Positions 10,897 through 21,980 of a stretch of DNA of 64,000 nt are shown here, in pieces (position 1 is the first letter of the stretch; each line of letters opens with the position of its first letter). Origin of the DNA: an uncultured cyanobacterium (GTDB lineage Bacteria; Cyanobacteriota; Cyanobacteriia; Cyanobacteriales; CAWCAG01); NCBI GenBank assembly GCA_963793425.1, contig CAWCAG010000007.1, positions 544,001 to 608,000 on the forward strand. The letters run 5' to 3'. The position numbers were made by a program, and so were the translations under genes. The notes below the pieces were generated by a model that worked only from the letters and a program-made list of their open reading frames with translations, searched no databases and was not told where the DNA came from.

Positions 10897-11475
10897 GTGG
10901 TCAAAACCAGGTCAACGATGTTACCCATCGGGACAAAAGCCCCCGAATTCAACCTTCCAGATACAGTTTCTGGTCAAACCATTTCTTTAGCTAATTTTGC
11001 TGATAGCAAAGCTTTGTTGGTGATGTTTGTTTGCCAACATTGCCCTTTTGTCAAGCGTGTTAAGACAGAATTTACAAGGTTAGGTAAAGACTATGTAAGC
11101 AAGGGAGTGGGGATTGTTGCTATTAGCGCGAATGATGTGGAAAAGCACCCCGATGATTCTCCAGAAAACCTTAAAGCCATGGCAGAAGAATTAGGTTTTA
11201 ATTTTCCTTTTTGCTACGACGAAACCCAGGAAGTGGCAAAAAGTTATACAGCCGCTTGTACGCCAGATTTTTTCCTTTTTGATGGCGATCGCAAGTTGGT
11301 TTATCGAGGTCAACTTGATGATAGTATCCTTGACGAAAGCTTACCAGTGACAGGTAAAGATTTACGCTCAGCTATTGATCAGGTTTTAGCCGGAAAAGAA
11401 ATTACTCTAGAACAAAAACCCAGCCTCGGTTGTAACATCAAATGGAAGCCAGGAAATGAGCCAGCTTATTTTTAA
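10897..11475 (+). CDS. Thioredoxin-like / AhpC-TSA family protein
   Basis: CQHCPFV, AACTPDFF and GCNIKW motifs. Confidence 0.9.
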   Translation: MVKTRSTMLPIGTKAPEFNLPDTVSGQTISLANFADSKALLVMFVCQHCPFVKRVKTEFTRLGKDYVSKGVGIVAISANDVEKHPDDSPENLKAMAEELGFNFPFCYDETQEVAKSYTAACTPDFFLFDGDRKLVYRGQLDDSILDESLPVTGKDLRSAIDQVLAGKEITLEQKPSLGCNIKWKPGNEPAYF

Positions 11476-11511
11476 ATGACAGCTTTTGTCTAACAGCTTA
11501 GTAATTAGTAA

Positions 11512-12432
11512 ATGACACTGTACGATAATTTTATTGAACAGTTAATGCAACAGCCTGAACTGAATGTAGCTGAGGAAATTTGTAAGCTGGTTGAAAATAA
11601 GATTGAGGTGGGCGATCGCCTTAAGTTCCAACAAGTAGATAAACTCAAAGAATGGTTGGATAGCTTTCGCCCTTTTTCTCCAATTCTTGTGGCAGAATTG
11701 AAAAAAATTTATGATGTTCAATTTACTTACAATTCCAACGCTATTGAAGGTAATACTTTAACCCAAAGTGAAACAGAATTAGTCTTATCAAAAGGAATTA
11801 CTATTGGTGGGAAAACCTTACAAGAACATTTAGAAGTTGTAGGACATCAAGATGCTATTAATTATATTGAAACCTTAGCGAGAAAAGATAGTCTTGTGGG
11901 AGAGTGGGAAATAAAGCAAATTCATAATTTAATTTTAAGAGCGATCGCTCCTGAAGAAGCAGGCAAGTACAGACAACTTGATGTTAAAGCAGCAGGAACT
12001 AGTTATGTTTATCCCGCTCATTATTTGTTACCACAGTTAATGACAGAATTTGTTAGCTGGCTGAATTCAGAAGCAAAACAAACATTGCATCCTATTGAGT
12101 ATGCAACCCTAGCTCATTTTCGCTTTGTTTCTATTCACCCTTTTCGAGATGGTAATGGCAGAACGGCAAGATTATTAATGAATCTTCTTTTACTGCAAAC
12201 TGGATATCCTGTTGTAGTTATTTCTAATCAAATTCGTCATGAATATATTAATGCGGTTGCCCATGGACAACAAAATAAACAGGATATTAAGCTACTTTTA
12301 AATATCATTCTTGATGCCACCTATAAATCTTTGGTAGAAACTTTAACAATTGTGGCAACTGCCAGAGATAGTAGAGGTAAAGGAGAGAATTTTCATGAAG
12401 AAATGATAGGCTTTCTAAAGGTAAGAAATTAA
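11512..12432 (+). CDS. Fic family protein with internal inhibitory helix (class II type)
   Basis: Fic motif HPFRDGNGRTAR; SNAIEGN inhibitory motif N-terminal to it. Confidence 0.92.
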   Translation: MTLYDNFIEQLMQQPELNVAEEICKLVENKIEVGDRLKFQQVDKLKEWLDSFRPFSPILVAELKKIYDVQFTYNSNAIEGNTLTQSETELVLSKGITIGGKTLQEHLEVVGHQDAINYIETLARKDSLVGEWEIKQIHNLILRAIAPEEAGKYRQLDVKAAGTSYVYPAHYLLPQLMTEFVSWLNSEAKQTLHPIEYATLAHFRFVSIHPFRDGNGRTARLLMNLLLLQTGYPVVVISNQIRHEYINAVAHGQQNKQDIKLLLNIILDATYKSLVETLTIVATARDSRGKGENFHEEMIGFLKVRN

Positions 12433-12462
12433 GTTTTGAAAAGCTGATTACCGAGTTTAATA

Positions 12463-13053
12463 ATGAAACTAACTTTATCAATTATGAAAGGAAAACCACT
12501 TTTACTTTTACTCGGATTACTAACCCTTAGTAGCATTAATGTACCTGCATTAAGTCAAGCCAACCCCACCGCAGGAATTCAACGCCCTGTATTACGAATA
12601 GGAAGCCAGGGAGACTACGTATCTCAAGTACAAGCGGCCCTAAAATTATTGGGTTACTACACCGGAGAAGTTAGTGGGATTTATAATGAAAGCACCGTAA
12701 TTGCTGTTTCTCGCTTTCAAGAAGCTGCTAAACTGAATGTTGATGGTATTGTTGGTTTAGCGACTTGGATAAGCCTCTTTCCTGTCACTCCGCCCCAAAA
12801 TAGCACAGCTACAATTCCTAGCAATAACCCAACTGCCACAGCCACCACTTTACCGATTTTAAGGGAAGGGATGCAGGGAGAAGCCGTAGTCAAATTGCAA
12901 AAAAGATTGATAGCACTAGGTTTACTCTCAGGAAGTGCCGATGGCTCTTTTGGACAACAAACTTTAGCTGCTGTTCAAGCGGCCCAAGCAAGTTTTAATT
13001 TAGCAGTAGATGGGGTTGTGGGGGCGGCAACTTGGAGAGCATTATTAAAATAA
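12463..13053 (+). CDS. Secreted peptidoglycan-binding domain protein (two PG_binding_1 repeats)
   Basis: Signal peptide; two L..G..G...LQ....DG.VG.ATW repeats. Confidence 0.88.
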   Translation: MKLTLSIMKGKPLLLLLGLLTLSSINVPALSQANPTAGIQRPVLRIGSQGDYVSQVQAALKLLGYYTGEVSGIYNESTVIAVSRFQEAAKLNVDGIVGLATWISLFPVTPPQNSTATIPSNNPTATATTLPILREGMQGEAVVKLQKRLIALGLLSGSADGSFGQQTLAAVQAAQASFNLAVDGVVGAATWRALLK

Positions 13054-13060
13054 ATCACTT

Positions 13061-16000
13061 TTAGTTGTCCTTCCTCACAACACAATTACGCCCTTGCTCC
13101 TTCGCCTCATAAAGCGCTTCATCAGCCCTAGTAATTGACTGTTGTGGCTCTAGGCTGAGATTAGGTACAATTTGAGCAATACCAATACTCAAAGTAACAT
13201 AATTACTTACTGAAGATTGAGCATGGGCAATCTTGAGCTTCTGCAACTCACAACGTAAATTTTCAGCCACCTTCTCTGCCCCTTCAGCATTGGTATTAGG
13301 CAAAATAATTGCAAACTCTTCTCCACCATAACGAGCAACCAAATCAGCAGGGCGATTAACGGCACGAGTCATTGCTTTAGCTAGTTGCTTAAGGCATTCA
13401 TCCCCTGCTTGATGACCATAGGTATCGTTATAAAGTTTAAAGTAATCTACATCGCATAATAGCAAAGCTAGGGGCTGTTTTTCCCTAGCTAACCTTTGCC
13501 ATTCCGAATTTAGATACTCATCAAACTGACGACGATTTGCTACTTGAGTCAAACCATCTAGGGTTGCTAAACGGTGTAATTGCTTATTGGCCTCTTCTAA
13601 CTGCTGATATAATTGCCCTTGATGGATGGCGATCGCCACTTGAGTTGCTAATTGTTTAAGCAATTTTATATCCGTAGACTGCCAAACTCTAGGGCTACGA
13701 CAATGGTGAGCAATCATTAATCCCCATAATTGTTCTCCGTTTAAGATCGGTACTACCAAATTAGCTTTAACTTGAAAACTAGCTAACATTTCTAGATAGC
13801 AAGGGTCAATACCCGCTTCTTGAACATTATTAATGGTAGCTATTTTTCCTTGGCGATAGAGAGGAACAGATTTTGCCCGGAAACAAGGATCATCAATGCT
13901 TGCTCCTAACATTGATATCCAGGGGCTTTCCACCGATTCAACGGCTACCTTGCCATCCCAATCAGAAGAAAATTCGTAAAGAATAACCCGATCCGTTTGC
14001 AAAAATTCTCTGATTTGCGTGACTGTAATGTTGAGAATTTCCCCTAAATTTAAAGAAGAGAGGATTTGCTGAGCAATTTTAGCAATTAACTGTTCTCTGT
14101 TTGCTTGTTGAACAATTATTTCTAATTGTTGGTTGGAGGTGTTAAGTTGTTCGTAAGTTTGTTGAGAAGTAAATTGCTCTTTGCTTTCATTGTTTATAGG
14201 TACACTTTTGCGTAGATATTCCTGAGCTTTGTGAGCTGGTAAAGGTTCACTAAAAAGATAACCTTGCACTAAATCACAATTGAGGGAACGCAGAAATTCC
14301 AACTGTTGAAGGTTTTCCACCCCTTCAGCAATCACTCGCAAGTTTAGCTTTTGCCCTAATGTTACTACTGCTCTAATAATTGCTGCATCTGTTTTATCAG
14401 CAATGGAATCTTTCACGAAACACTGATCGATTTTCAAAGTATTGAGGGGAAAATACTTCACTGAGTTAAGGGAAGAATAGCCAACACCAAAATCATCAAT
14501 AGCAATTTGCATACCCATTTGTCGCAGTTGATGCAAGGTGCGAGTTGTAAACTCTACATCTTGCATAGCAGTTGTTTCGGTAATCTCAATTTCTAAATAG
14601 GCAGGATTCATACCTGTTTCAACTAAGATAGCGACCAAATCATCAACTAAAGCAGGTTGATTAAACTGGCGGGCGGATAAATTAACAGCAACTCTGATGT
14701 TACCAAAGCCTTCTTTTTGCCAATGTACCTGTTGCTGACAAGCTTCTTTAATAACCCATTCTCCTAATTCACAAATTAAATCAGTTTCTTCAGCAAAAGG
14801 AATAAATTGATTAGGAGAGACAAAGCCCCGCACAGGATGCTGCCAGCGAATTAAAGCTTCCATAGCCACAGCTTGACCTGTTTTAAGATCAATTTGGGGT
14901 TGATAATAGAGAATAAATTCGTTTTTTAGTAAAGAAGAGCGTAAATCTGCTTCAATACTGAGGGAATTGAGGGGAGGGTGAAGAGAAGGAGAGTACATTT
15001 GGTAAGTATTTTTTCCTTGCTGCTTAGCACTATACATGGCAGCTTCTGCATTCAAGAGTATAGTTTCGACATCAGAGCCATCGTAGGGGGCAAGGGCAAC
15101 ACCCAAACTTGCTGTTATATAAACCGGTTGCTCTCCCAAAGAAAAAGGCTTGCTTAAGCAAGCTTGAATTTGCTGGGTTTTTGTTTCTATTACCTCTCCC
15201 GTAGCACCTTTAATATTCCGTAGCAAGAAAACAAACTCATCTGCTGCCCAATGAGCCATCACATCTTCTTCTTCTAGGGTTTGCTGCAATCTTTTAGCTA
15301 CTAGCTGTAATAGTTTATCCCCGAAAGCATGGCCGAGGGCTTTATTTACCTGCTTAAATCTATCTAAATCCAAAAACATCACCACCATCAATTCCCCTGT
15401 ACGATTAGCGTTTAACAAAGCCAGGGAAAGTTGTTTGCTGAATAGTTGGCGATTAGGTAAAAGAGTCAAAGAATCTCGCTCAGCTTGAAGCTTTAAGGTT
15501 GATTCTAATTGCTGCTGACGGTTGGTTGTATAAATACGCTCAGCAATTAGTCTTGCCAATTGTAAATGGTTGTCACTCCAAGGTTGAGACTGATTTTTCT
15601 TGATTTCTTTCCAAGGTAAAAAGGATTGGCGGGGGCGGTGGTTGGGTGCAGAGTTTTGATTGCCAGCCCAAATTATTTCTGTATCGTATCCTGGACGGAA
15701 AATACTCAGATAGCCTGTATTTTCTGAATTATTTTGCAAAGAAATGATTAAAATTGATTGGATAGAAGTTGCGGCAAAAGACTGGTAGAAAGAAGTAAGC
15801 TGAGGAACAATTTGAGAGCTTGAATCCAATACATAGTAAGGAAAATGCTCCGCTTGCTTAGAGACATTTTGCAGACAATCAACAACTAAATAATTCCAAT
15901 CAGAGGTTTTTTCTAATTGGTCAATCTCTGGTTGCTCTCCAGAAGTATAACTCTGTTCTGCTTGTTTGAATTCATCTACTAGATATAACCTGCCTCCACA

Positions 16001-16663
16001 GCCATCTAAGGCAGAGACGGTAAAATCTAACACCATTTGCCAAGTTTCTTGGGATGGTGAAGTTGCCAAAAAACTACTAACTTGAGCAATAATAGCTTCC
16101 TGACTTGCTAAGGCACGAGATTGAGCTTCCAATCTTTCTCCTGCAATTACTAAAGATAAACGTTCTAAAAGTAGCTCGATTTCTGAGAAAAGAGCTTCTT
16201 GCCACTGTCGAGGAGAGCGATGGTGAATAGCTAACAACCCCCAAAGTTCTCTACCATCAAAAATAGGCAAGGTAGCCGATGATTTTATGCCTAAGCTGTG
16301 TAAGTATTCTAAATGACAGGGATCAACAGAATGATAACTTTGCTGAAGATTTACTCCCGTCGATTCTGTTTTTGAGCGAGCTAAGGCAGTATCAACTATA
16401 ACTCTTCCCCTAGAAGCTATTAATTTGTCACGGGCTGAGGGAGGTATATCTTCAGCAGGAAAGTGTAAGCCCAGCAAGGAAGGCAATTTGTTGTCCCGTA
16501 TCGATTCAGCAATAACTATCCCTGTCCCATCAGCCTCAAAGCGATAAATCTTAACCCGATCTACTTCTAATAAAGAGTTAACTTCTTCAACAATAAGGTC
16601 AAGTATTTCTTGTAAAGAACTTGGTTTTTTGAGAATATTATTCAAACTTCTAGAGGGGAACAT
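13061..16663 (-). CDS. cph2: Cph2-like photoreceptor: GAF-GAF-GGDEF*-EAL-CBCR GAF-GGDEF
   Basis: FPAEDIPP plus DPCH in GAF1; degenerate AADEF; EAL with DDFG; DPCF/DPCY dual-Cys GAF; RPAD..GGEEF. Confidence 0.82.
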   Translation of the reverse strand: MFPSRSLNNILKKPSSLQEILDLIVEEVNSLLEVDRVKIYRFEADGTGIVIAESIRDNKLPSLLGLHFPAEDIPPSARDKLIASRGRVIVDTALARSKTESTGVNLQQSYHSVDPCHLEYLHSLGIKSSATLPIFDGRELWGLLAIHHRSPRQWQEALFSEIELLLERLSLVIAGERLEAQSRALASQEAIIAQVSSFLATSPSQETWQMVLDFTVSALDGCGGRLYLVDEFKQAEQSYTSGEQPEIDQLEKTSDWNYLVVDCLQNVSKQAEHFPYYVLDSSSQIVPQLTSFYQSFAATSIQSILIISLQNNSENTGYLSIFRPGYDTEIIWAGNQNSAPNHRPRQSFLPWKEIKKNQSQPWSDNHLQLARLIAERIYTTNRQQQLESTLKLQAERDSLTLLPNRQLFSKQLSLALLNANRTGELMVVMFLDLDRFKQVNKALGHAFGDKLLQLVAKRLQQTLEEEDVMAHWAADEFVFLLRNIKGATGEVIETKTQQIQACLSKPFSLGEQPVYITASLGVALAPYDGSDVETILLNAEAAMYSAKQQGKNTYQMYSPSLHPPLNSLSIEADLRSSLLKNEFILYYQPQIDLKTGQAVAMEALIRWQHPVRGFVSPNQFIPFAEETDLICELGEWVIKEACQQQVHWQKEGFGNIRVAVNLSARQFNQPALVDDLVAILVETGMNPAYLEIEITETTAMQDVEFTTRTLHQLRQMGMQIAIDDFGVGYSSLNSVKYFPLNTLKIDQCFVKDSIADKTDAAIIRAVVTLGQKLNLRVIAEGVENLQQLEFLRSLNCDLVQGYLFSEPLPAHKAQEYLRKSVPINNESKEQFTSQQTYEQLNTSNQQLEIIVQQANREQLIAKIAQQILSSLNLGEILNITVTQIREFLQTDRVILYEFSSDWDGKVAVESVESPWISMLGASIDDPCFRAKSVPLYRQGKIATINNVQEAGIDPCYLEMLASFQVKANLVVPILNGEQLWGLMIAHHCRSPRVWQSTDIKLLKQLATQVAIAIHQGQLYQQLEEANKQLHRLATLDGLTQVANRRQFDEYLNSEWQRLAREKQPLALLLCDVDYFKLYNDTYGHQAGDECLKQLAKAMTRAVNRPADLVARYGGEEFAIILPNTNAEGAEKVAENLRCELQKLKIAHAQSSVSNYVTLSIGIAQIVPNLSLEPQQSITRADEALYEAKEQGRNCVVRKDN

Positions 16664-16946
16664 AGAGAGCTATCGAGGAATCTCACTAACTGGGTTAAAT
16701 ATAGCTATTTCACTTATATTAACAACTATTAAGAACATTTTATTTCCTCTTTGGGGTAGACATTATGTTCTCCTTTAGGCTTAATATAGACTCTGCTCTT
16801 ATGGGCAAGATTTATTTTTTCTCAAAAAAATTACCTTGGTTATATGTTTGTCAAAAAACTTAGTTAAATGTTATTAATTAAGCAACAATTGTCTTGTTAT
16901 CACCAGGTTGTCTACTAAGGTCAAAAAAATCGAGATTGACTGACAG

Positions 16947-17840
16947 ATGACAAACCTTAACCATAAGCAGAGATTAAAAAGATTAAGTAAGAGTCTATTA
17001 GAGAATAGCTGTCAAATAATTCAGGTGCATGAGCCAAATTTTACCCGTACTTTTTATGGATATCTTTTCGATATTCATCCTGAATTAAAGCCCCTATCCA
17101 CTCATACTAACTTAAGCAAACAAGAAAGCCTACTCTTAGATTTCTTAGCTTTTTTCACTCAAAACCTATCAAATCCGGATCTTTTGATAGCTCATTTGAA
17201 AGGGCTAGGAGCAAGACACGTCAAATATGGAGTTAGACCAGAATATTATCCTCTTTTCGGCTCTGCTTTACTCAATACTTTTACCCAGTATTTCAAGAAA
17301 AACTGGACAGAAGAATTAGACCAAGCCTGGCTAGATGCTTATCACGCTATTACTGCTTTAATGCTGGCAGGAGCCGAGTATGATCCTGAAGTTTTACTTA
17401 TCAAAAAAAACTCTAAAGAAATTTCAGAAAAACAATCTTATTCTCCAGAAGAGCTTATTCAAATCAGCTTTTCAGAACTCAAGCCTTCCTTACAAGAATT
17501 TGTACGTGTTTTCTATAAAAATCTTTTCGTAAGCTATCCCGAAATAACTATTTTGTTTACTAATACTTTTATGATTAAACAAGAAAAAGTATTAATTACT
17601 TCTCTATGTTTTGTGGTTAAAAACCTTACTAAACCTGAACTACTTGAAGCTAAATTGAAGGGACTAGGAGCAAGACATATCAAGTATAGAGTATTACCAG
17701 AATACTATCCACTTTTTAGTCATATTTTACTAAAGACTTTGGCTCAGTACTTAAAAGGAAACTGGACAGTAGAAGTAGAAAGAGCCTGGTTAGATTCTTA
17801 TAATCTCATTACTTCTCTAATGCTACAAGAAAAGGAATAA
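16947..17840 (+). CDS. Tandem two-domain globin protein
   Basis: Two repeats of FY..LF..(H/Y)PE...KQ...LKGLGARH.KY.V.PEYYP..F...NWT.E...AW. Confidence 0.85.
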   Translation: MTNLNHKQRLKRLSKSLLENSCQIIQVHEPNFTRTFYGYLFDIHPELKPLSTHTNLSKQESLLLDFLAFFTQNLSNPDLLIAHLKGLGARHVKYGVRPEYYPLFGSALLNTFTQYFKKNWTEELDQAWLDAYHAITALMLAGAEYDPEVLLIKKNSKEISEKQSYSPEELIQISFSELKPSLQEFVRVFYKNLFVSYPEITILFTNTFMIKQEKVLITSLCFVVKNLTKPELLEAKLKGLGARHIKYRVLPEYYPLFSHILLKTLAQYLKGNWTVEVERAWLDSYNLITSLMLQEKE

Positions 17841-17847
17841 CTCGTTT

Positions 17848-18399
17848 CTAATTCAAATAAGTTGTACTAGTAGGATGGTTGTATAAAGGAGCAAGTAACC
17901 AAGAAACCAGAGAACGCTCTTTGTAATCTACGGTTAAATAAGCTTTACTAATATTAATTGTTGTTTCTGATTTCTTAGCACTACTTAAATTAGCACCTCG
18001 TAAATCAGTACCAGTTAAATCAGCACCGCTCAAATCAGCACCAGTTAAATCAGCACCAGTTAAATCAGCACCGCTCAAATCAACCCCTCGTAAATCAGCA
18101 CTCCTTAAATTCGCTCCCCTCAGATCCGCTTCACTCAAATCTGCCGCAGTAAATTCTGCATAACTTAAATTAGCACGACTCAAATTAGCACCACTCAAAT
18201 TAGCCCCTTCAAAAATAGCTAGCTTGAGATTAGCTTGGCAAAAATTAATTCTTCTTAAGTTAAGCCAACTAAAGTTTTCATCACTAAAATTGAGTTGCTT
18301 AAAATCATATTCTCCGGCAGAATATCGCTGTAACAGCTCTGGAAGAGAAATTTTTTTCAAGTTATTTTTAGTAGCAGCACCTTCTTGTAGAAACACCAT
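17848..18399 (-). CDS. Pentapeptide repeat protein
   Basis: A(D/N)L(S/T/R)G repeats. Confidence 0.9.
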   Translation of the reverse strand: MVFLQEGAATKNNLKKISLPELLQRYSAGEYDFKQLNFSDENFSWLNLRRINFCQANLKLAIFEGANLSGANLSRANLSYAEFTAADLSEADLRGANLRSADLRGVDLSGADLTGADLTGADLSGADLTGTDLRGANLSSAKKSETTINISKAYLTVDYKERSLVSWLLAPLYNHPTSTTYLN

Positions 18400-18490
18400 A
18401 AAAACTTCCAGTTAATTTGAGGGTTTGTTTATTTTCTCAGTATGGAAGATAAAGATTCGCGATCACGTTCGCGTTGATGTATAACTTGTT

Positions 18491-19231
18491 TCAAACAACT
18501 TCTAGCTCATCCAAACTAGCGATCGCTACATCAGCTTTGTCTAAACAAGCAGTTTGAGCCTCTCCCCAACAAATCCCAATAGTCCCTGCTGCTCCTGCCT
18601 TAGAAGCCATTTCAATATCTCCTGCTGAATCTCCTATCATTAAAGTTTGTGCTGCTTCTACCCCCAAAGCATCACAAGCTTGTAAAAATAGAGCAGGATC
18701 TGGCTTGCTTAGCCCCTGGGTTTCCACTCCCATACCCAGTTGAATATAAGCAGAAAGTTGGTGACGTTCTATAAAAGCTTTTACCCCAGCAGTAGAATCA
18801 GCAGAGAGAATTGCCAATTTTAAATTAGCTTCAGCCAGAAACTTCAACACTTCCAAGCTACCAGCAAACAGAGGAGAAGTATCTGTATTTCCTTTGAGGT
18901 AGCGCTCTGCTTCTTCAAAAGCAGAATGAGCAATTTCTAAAGATTCAAACCACCCTCTCCCCGTTTCAGCAATATAAGCTGCTGTCGCAATTTCATTGTC
19001 TCTGCGACTTCCCACCGCCATCAAACCAGTAGGATCTAGTTGAGCATCCAAAATACCAAAAGCCATTAGTAAAGGCTCCCCAATACCAGGAATTTGAGCA
19101 TCAACCATGCGCGCTCTTCTCTGCCCTAATTCTCGCAAAAAGTTTTGAGAATTTTCTAAAGTCCCATCTTTGTCAAAGATAATGGCTTTGATGTTAGTAA
19201 ATGTCACATCCTGACAGCGAATAGTTGTCAT
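18491..19231 (-). CDS. HAD-superfamily hydrolase
   Basis: FDKDGTL, KPDP and IGDS..D motifs. Confidence 0.9.
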   Translation of the reverse strand: MTTIRCQDVTFTNIKAIIFDKDGTLENSQNFLRELGQRRARMVDAQIPGIGEPLLMAFGILDAQLDPTGLMAVGSRRDNEIATAAYIAETGRGWFESLEIAHSAFEEAERYLKGNTDTSPLFAGSLEVLKFLAEANLKLAILSADSTAGVKAFIERHQLSAYIQLGMGVETQGLSKPDPALFLQACDALGVEAAQTLMIGDSAGDIEMASKAGAAGTIGICWGEAQTACLDKADVAIASLDELEVV

Positions 19232-19262
19232 TTTAATTTTCCTTGCTAAATTTTATCAACAC

Positions 19263-19289
19263 AAAAAAAAGAGGGTTTTCCCTCTTTTT
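19263..19289 (-). terminator. Intrinsic terminator downstream of rpsA
   Basis: AAAAAGAGGG-tttt-CCCTCTTTTT hairpin with a T-run on the minus strand. Confidence 0.8.
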
Positions 19290-19371
19290 AGATAAGATTG
19301 GATATTTCTATGGTTGCAAAGCATTGAGCTTAACACCCTAATTGCAGAAATATCCCCAAAGCTAATTGTTG

Positions 19372-20478
19372 TTACTCTTCCACTGCTACAACAGCTTCTT
19401 CAGTTGAACTTTCTCCAGACTCAGAATCAGACTCAGAATCATTGTTATCTGCAACTGCTTCTGGTTCTGCAACTGCCTCTGGCTCTGCAACTGCCTCTGG
19501 TTCCGCAACTACCTCTGGCTCTGCAACTGCTTCTGGCTCTATGGTTTCCTCCGGTTCTACAACTGCCTCTGGTTCTGAACTTTGAAGCATTTTTTGACGA
19601 TATTTTTCTGCCATTTCCTCAGCTTTCTCAAAAACCAAGTTCGGGTTTTTGAGCATATCACCAGGTTCTGGCTCTAGCTGCTTGGTAGAAAGAGAAATTC
19701 TGCCCCTTTCTGCATCTAGATCAATAATCATCACCTTCAATTCATCATTGACACCAAAGACACTATGGGGAGTATCGATATGATCGTGGGATATTTCTGA
19801 GATGTGTAACAAGCCGCTGACACCACCAATATCGATGAAAGCTCCGTAGGGTTTGATTCCTCGTACAGAACCAATCACAACTTCCCCTACTTGCAAACCA
19901 TTCATCTTCCTTTCTACTAAGGCGCGACGATGGCTAAGAACTAAACGATTACGATCTTCATCCACTTCCAAGAATTTAAGAGGTAGTTCCTGGGCGACTA
20001 AATCTTCTTTCGGCTGTCGCGTGCTGATGTGAGAGCCAGGAATAAAGCCTCGTAATCCTTCAATACGTACTAAGGCTCCTCCTCTATTCGTAGCGAATAC
20101 GGCTGAGCGTACTGTAGCATCTTCATTTTGGAGTTGACGTACTCGCTCCCAAGCTCGCATATATTCTATGCGGCGAATAGAGAGAGTTAACTGCCCATCT
20201 TCATTCTCATCAGTTAGAATAAAGAATTCCCTCGTCTCATCAGATTGCAAGACTTCATTGGGATCGTCAACTCGGTTAATTGACATCTCTTGAATGGGAA
20301 TGTAGGCAGCAGTTTTCGCACCAATGTCAATCAAAGCGCCCCTTGGTTCCATACTAAATACGGTTCCAGCGACAATATCTCCCGGACTAAAGTGATAGTC
20401 ATATTTGTCTAAAAGGGCGGCAAAATCCTCATGAGTAAAACCAATATCTTTATTAACAGTTGTTTGCTGACTGACCAT
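19372..20478 (-). CDS. rpsA: 30S ribosomal protein S1 with acidic repeat tail
   Basis: FTHEDFAALLDKYDY and three S1 domains typical of cyanobacterial S1. Confidence 0.96.
   Translation of the reverse strand: MVSQQTTVNKDIGFTHEDFAALLDKYDYHFSPGDIVAGTVFSMEPRGALIDIGAKTAAYIPIQEMSINRVDDPNEVLQSDETREFFILTDENEDGQLTLSIRRIEYMRAWERVRQLQNEDATVRSAVFATNRGGALVRIEGLRGFIPGSHISTRQPKEDLVAQELPLKFLEVDEDRNRLVLSHRRALVERKMNGLQVGEVVIGSVRGIKPYGAFIDIGGVSGLLHISEISHDHIDTPHSVFGVNDELKVMIIDLDAERGRISLSTKQLEPEPGDMLKNPNLVFEKAEEMAEKYRQKMLQSSEPEAVVEPEETIEPEAVAEPEVVAEPEAVAEPEAVAEPEAVADNNDSESDSESGESSTEEAVVAVEE
19451..19576. repeat. 18-bp tandem repeat, about 7 copies, encoding EPEAVA in the S1 tail
   Basis: Consecutive GCAACTGC(T/C)TCTGG(T/C)TCT units. 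Confidence 0.9.
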
Positions 20479-21055
20479 GTGCGTTCAAATTCCTAGTTGT
20501 TATCTCCGTAGTTACTTTGTCTTGATTGCGATGTACGCTCAACCTTTCTTAAATAAGACCTGCACCTATCACTCTCATTATGCCTTTAGTTTTGGAATTC
20601 TTGGTTAAGAAGAGTTTCCTACACGAACCGGACTTAGCAGCCTTAGTTGGCAGTTGTTTCGGCAATGCTTCTTAACTCTATGGTAGAGCGCCGAAGAGGG
20701 CAAAGCTTGTACCTCTTTCAAATGGTTTGATTCTTAAGTTTTTGCTTTGCTGTTACTACACTAACTAGAAAGGATAGTTTAAACTATATCTTTAACTAAG
20801 GTAGCTCCAGTATCTAACGAGCCAAAATTAAATATTTGCTATTCACCACAAAACAACATCCCTCCCTAGAGATTTTGTGAGAATTACTTCGGCTAATAAT
20901 TTAGACCTAAGCTCAAGTATTTTTTCAAGGCAGGATGCAGGATTAGATATTTTTAGCAAAAAATTGTGAACCAACCAAGGACACAGAGTTACCATTGTAA
21001 CTTAAAAGTAGCTACAAAATAACTAATCTTTGAGGTAAAAATTCAATCTTAGCCC

Positions 21056-21592
21056 TTAAGAAGATGTCATCATTGAATTAGAAAGATCACTATTTGCTGT
21101 TTCTGATGAGGTGGAGTGCCAACTTTCTGATGTATCATTAGCTTCATTCTTGAGTTGATTTAATGTTTCGACGAAATCTTTGATGCCTTGAAATTGGCGA
21201 TATACTGAAGCGAAACGTACATAAGCAACTTCATTTTCTTGGCTTAGGTACTTAAGTACTAATTCACCAATTTCATAACTAGCAATTTCCCTTCCTGAGC
21301 GCTGTTGAATTTGAGTTTCAAGATCGTCAACTAGCTCTTCTATTTGTTGATGGGTAACAACAGTTTTTTCGCAAGCTCTAACAATTCCTCTCAAAAGCTT
21401 AGAACGAGCAAAAGATTCCTTGCTCCCATCTCGTTTATGCACTGTTATGGGTACAAACTCAATACGTTCGTAGGTAGTGAAACGATTTTTGCACAGCAGG
21501 CATTCCCGTCTTCGTCTTACACTTTGACCCCTTTCCGTAGAGCGAGATTCTAAGACGCGGCTATCTGTATGCTGGCAAGAAGGACACTGCAT
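21056..21592 (-). CDS. nrdR: Transcriptional repressor NrdR
   Basis: CPSC...VLESR...RRRREC..C..RFTTYE zinc ribbon; [10 protein letters not shown]. Confidence 0.97.
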   Translation of the reverse strand: MQCPSCQHTDSRVLESRSTERGQSVRRRRECLLCKNRFTTYERIEFVPITVHKRDGSKESFARSKLLRGIVRACEKTVVTHQQIEELVDDLETQIQQRSGREIASYEIGELVLKYLSQENEVAYVRFASVYRQFQGIKDFVETLNQLKNEANDTSESWHSTSSETANSDLSNSMMTSS

Positions 21593-21643
21593 AATCGTAG
21601 TCCAGGAAAGGAAGAGGAAATAAATGTATTGGTAATCAAATAC

Positions 21644-21712
21644 AAAAACCTGAGCCGCGCTGTTTTTTACTCCTTCTCTTTTTTGAGAACTAACAAAAAA
21701 CTCCGGCTCAGG
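21644..21712 (-). terminator. Long hairpin, probable terminator after psbB-psbT
   Basis: CCTGAGCCG (21649-57) and CGGCTCAGG (21704-12) inverted repeat followed by a T-run on the minus strand. Confidence 0.6.
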
Positions 21713-21770
21713 ACCTTACAAAGGTCTATAAGGCTTAGCAATTCACCATCTTAATAGAAATGGGAAGCGC

Positions 21771-21866
21771 TTATTTCTCAATTCGGGGAGGTTCCCGAAA
21801 GGCGATCGCGAAGAAAAGTACCCCTAGCGCCAGGGTTAAAACTAGAATGTAAGCAACGCTTTCCAT
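21771..21866 (-). CDS. psbT: Photosystem II protein T (not in ORF track)
   Basis: Manual translation [31 protein letters not shown]. Confidence 0.97.
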   Translation of the reverse strand: MESVAYILVLTLALGVLFFAIAFREPPRIEK

Positions 21867-21980
21867 GATATATTTTCCTGATTGCTTTAATAAGATTCTA
21901 TCAAGAAAAGGGATTGGTGGCACTAAAGAAGTTTTAAATACTTGCTCTAGCTAAACCAAACCCTTGTCATTGAAACCTTT

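Noticed and set aside
17985..18205. 15-bp periodic DNA repeats
   Set aside because: Explained by the pentapeptide-repeat coding sequence, not an array
19314..19652. 112-aa plus-strand Leu/Gln/Pro-rich ORF
   Set aside because: Antisense shadow of the rpsA 18-bp repeat
20479..21055. Long nrdR-rpsA intergenic region as a possible ncRNA or leader
   Set aside because: No recognisable RNA family or convincing long-range structure by eye; needs an Rfam scan
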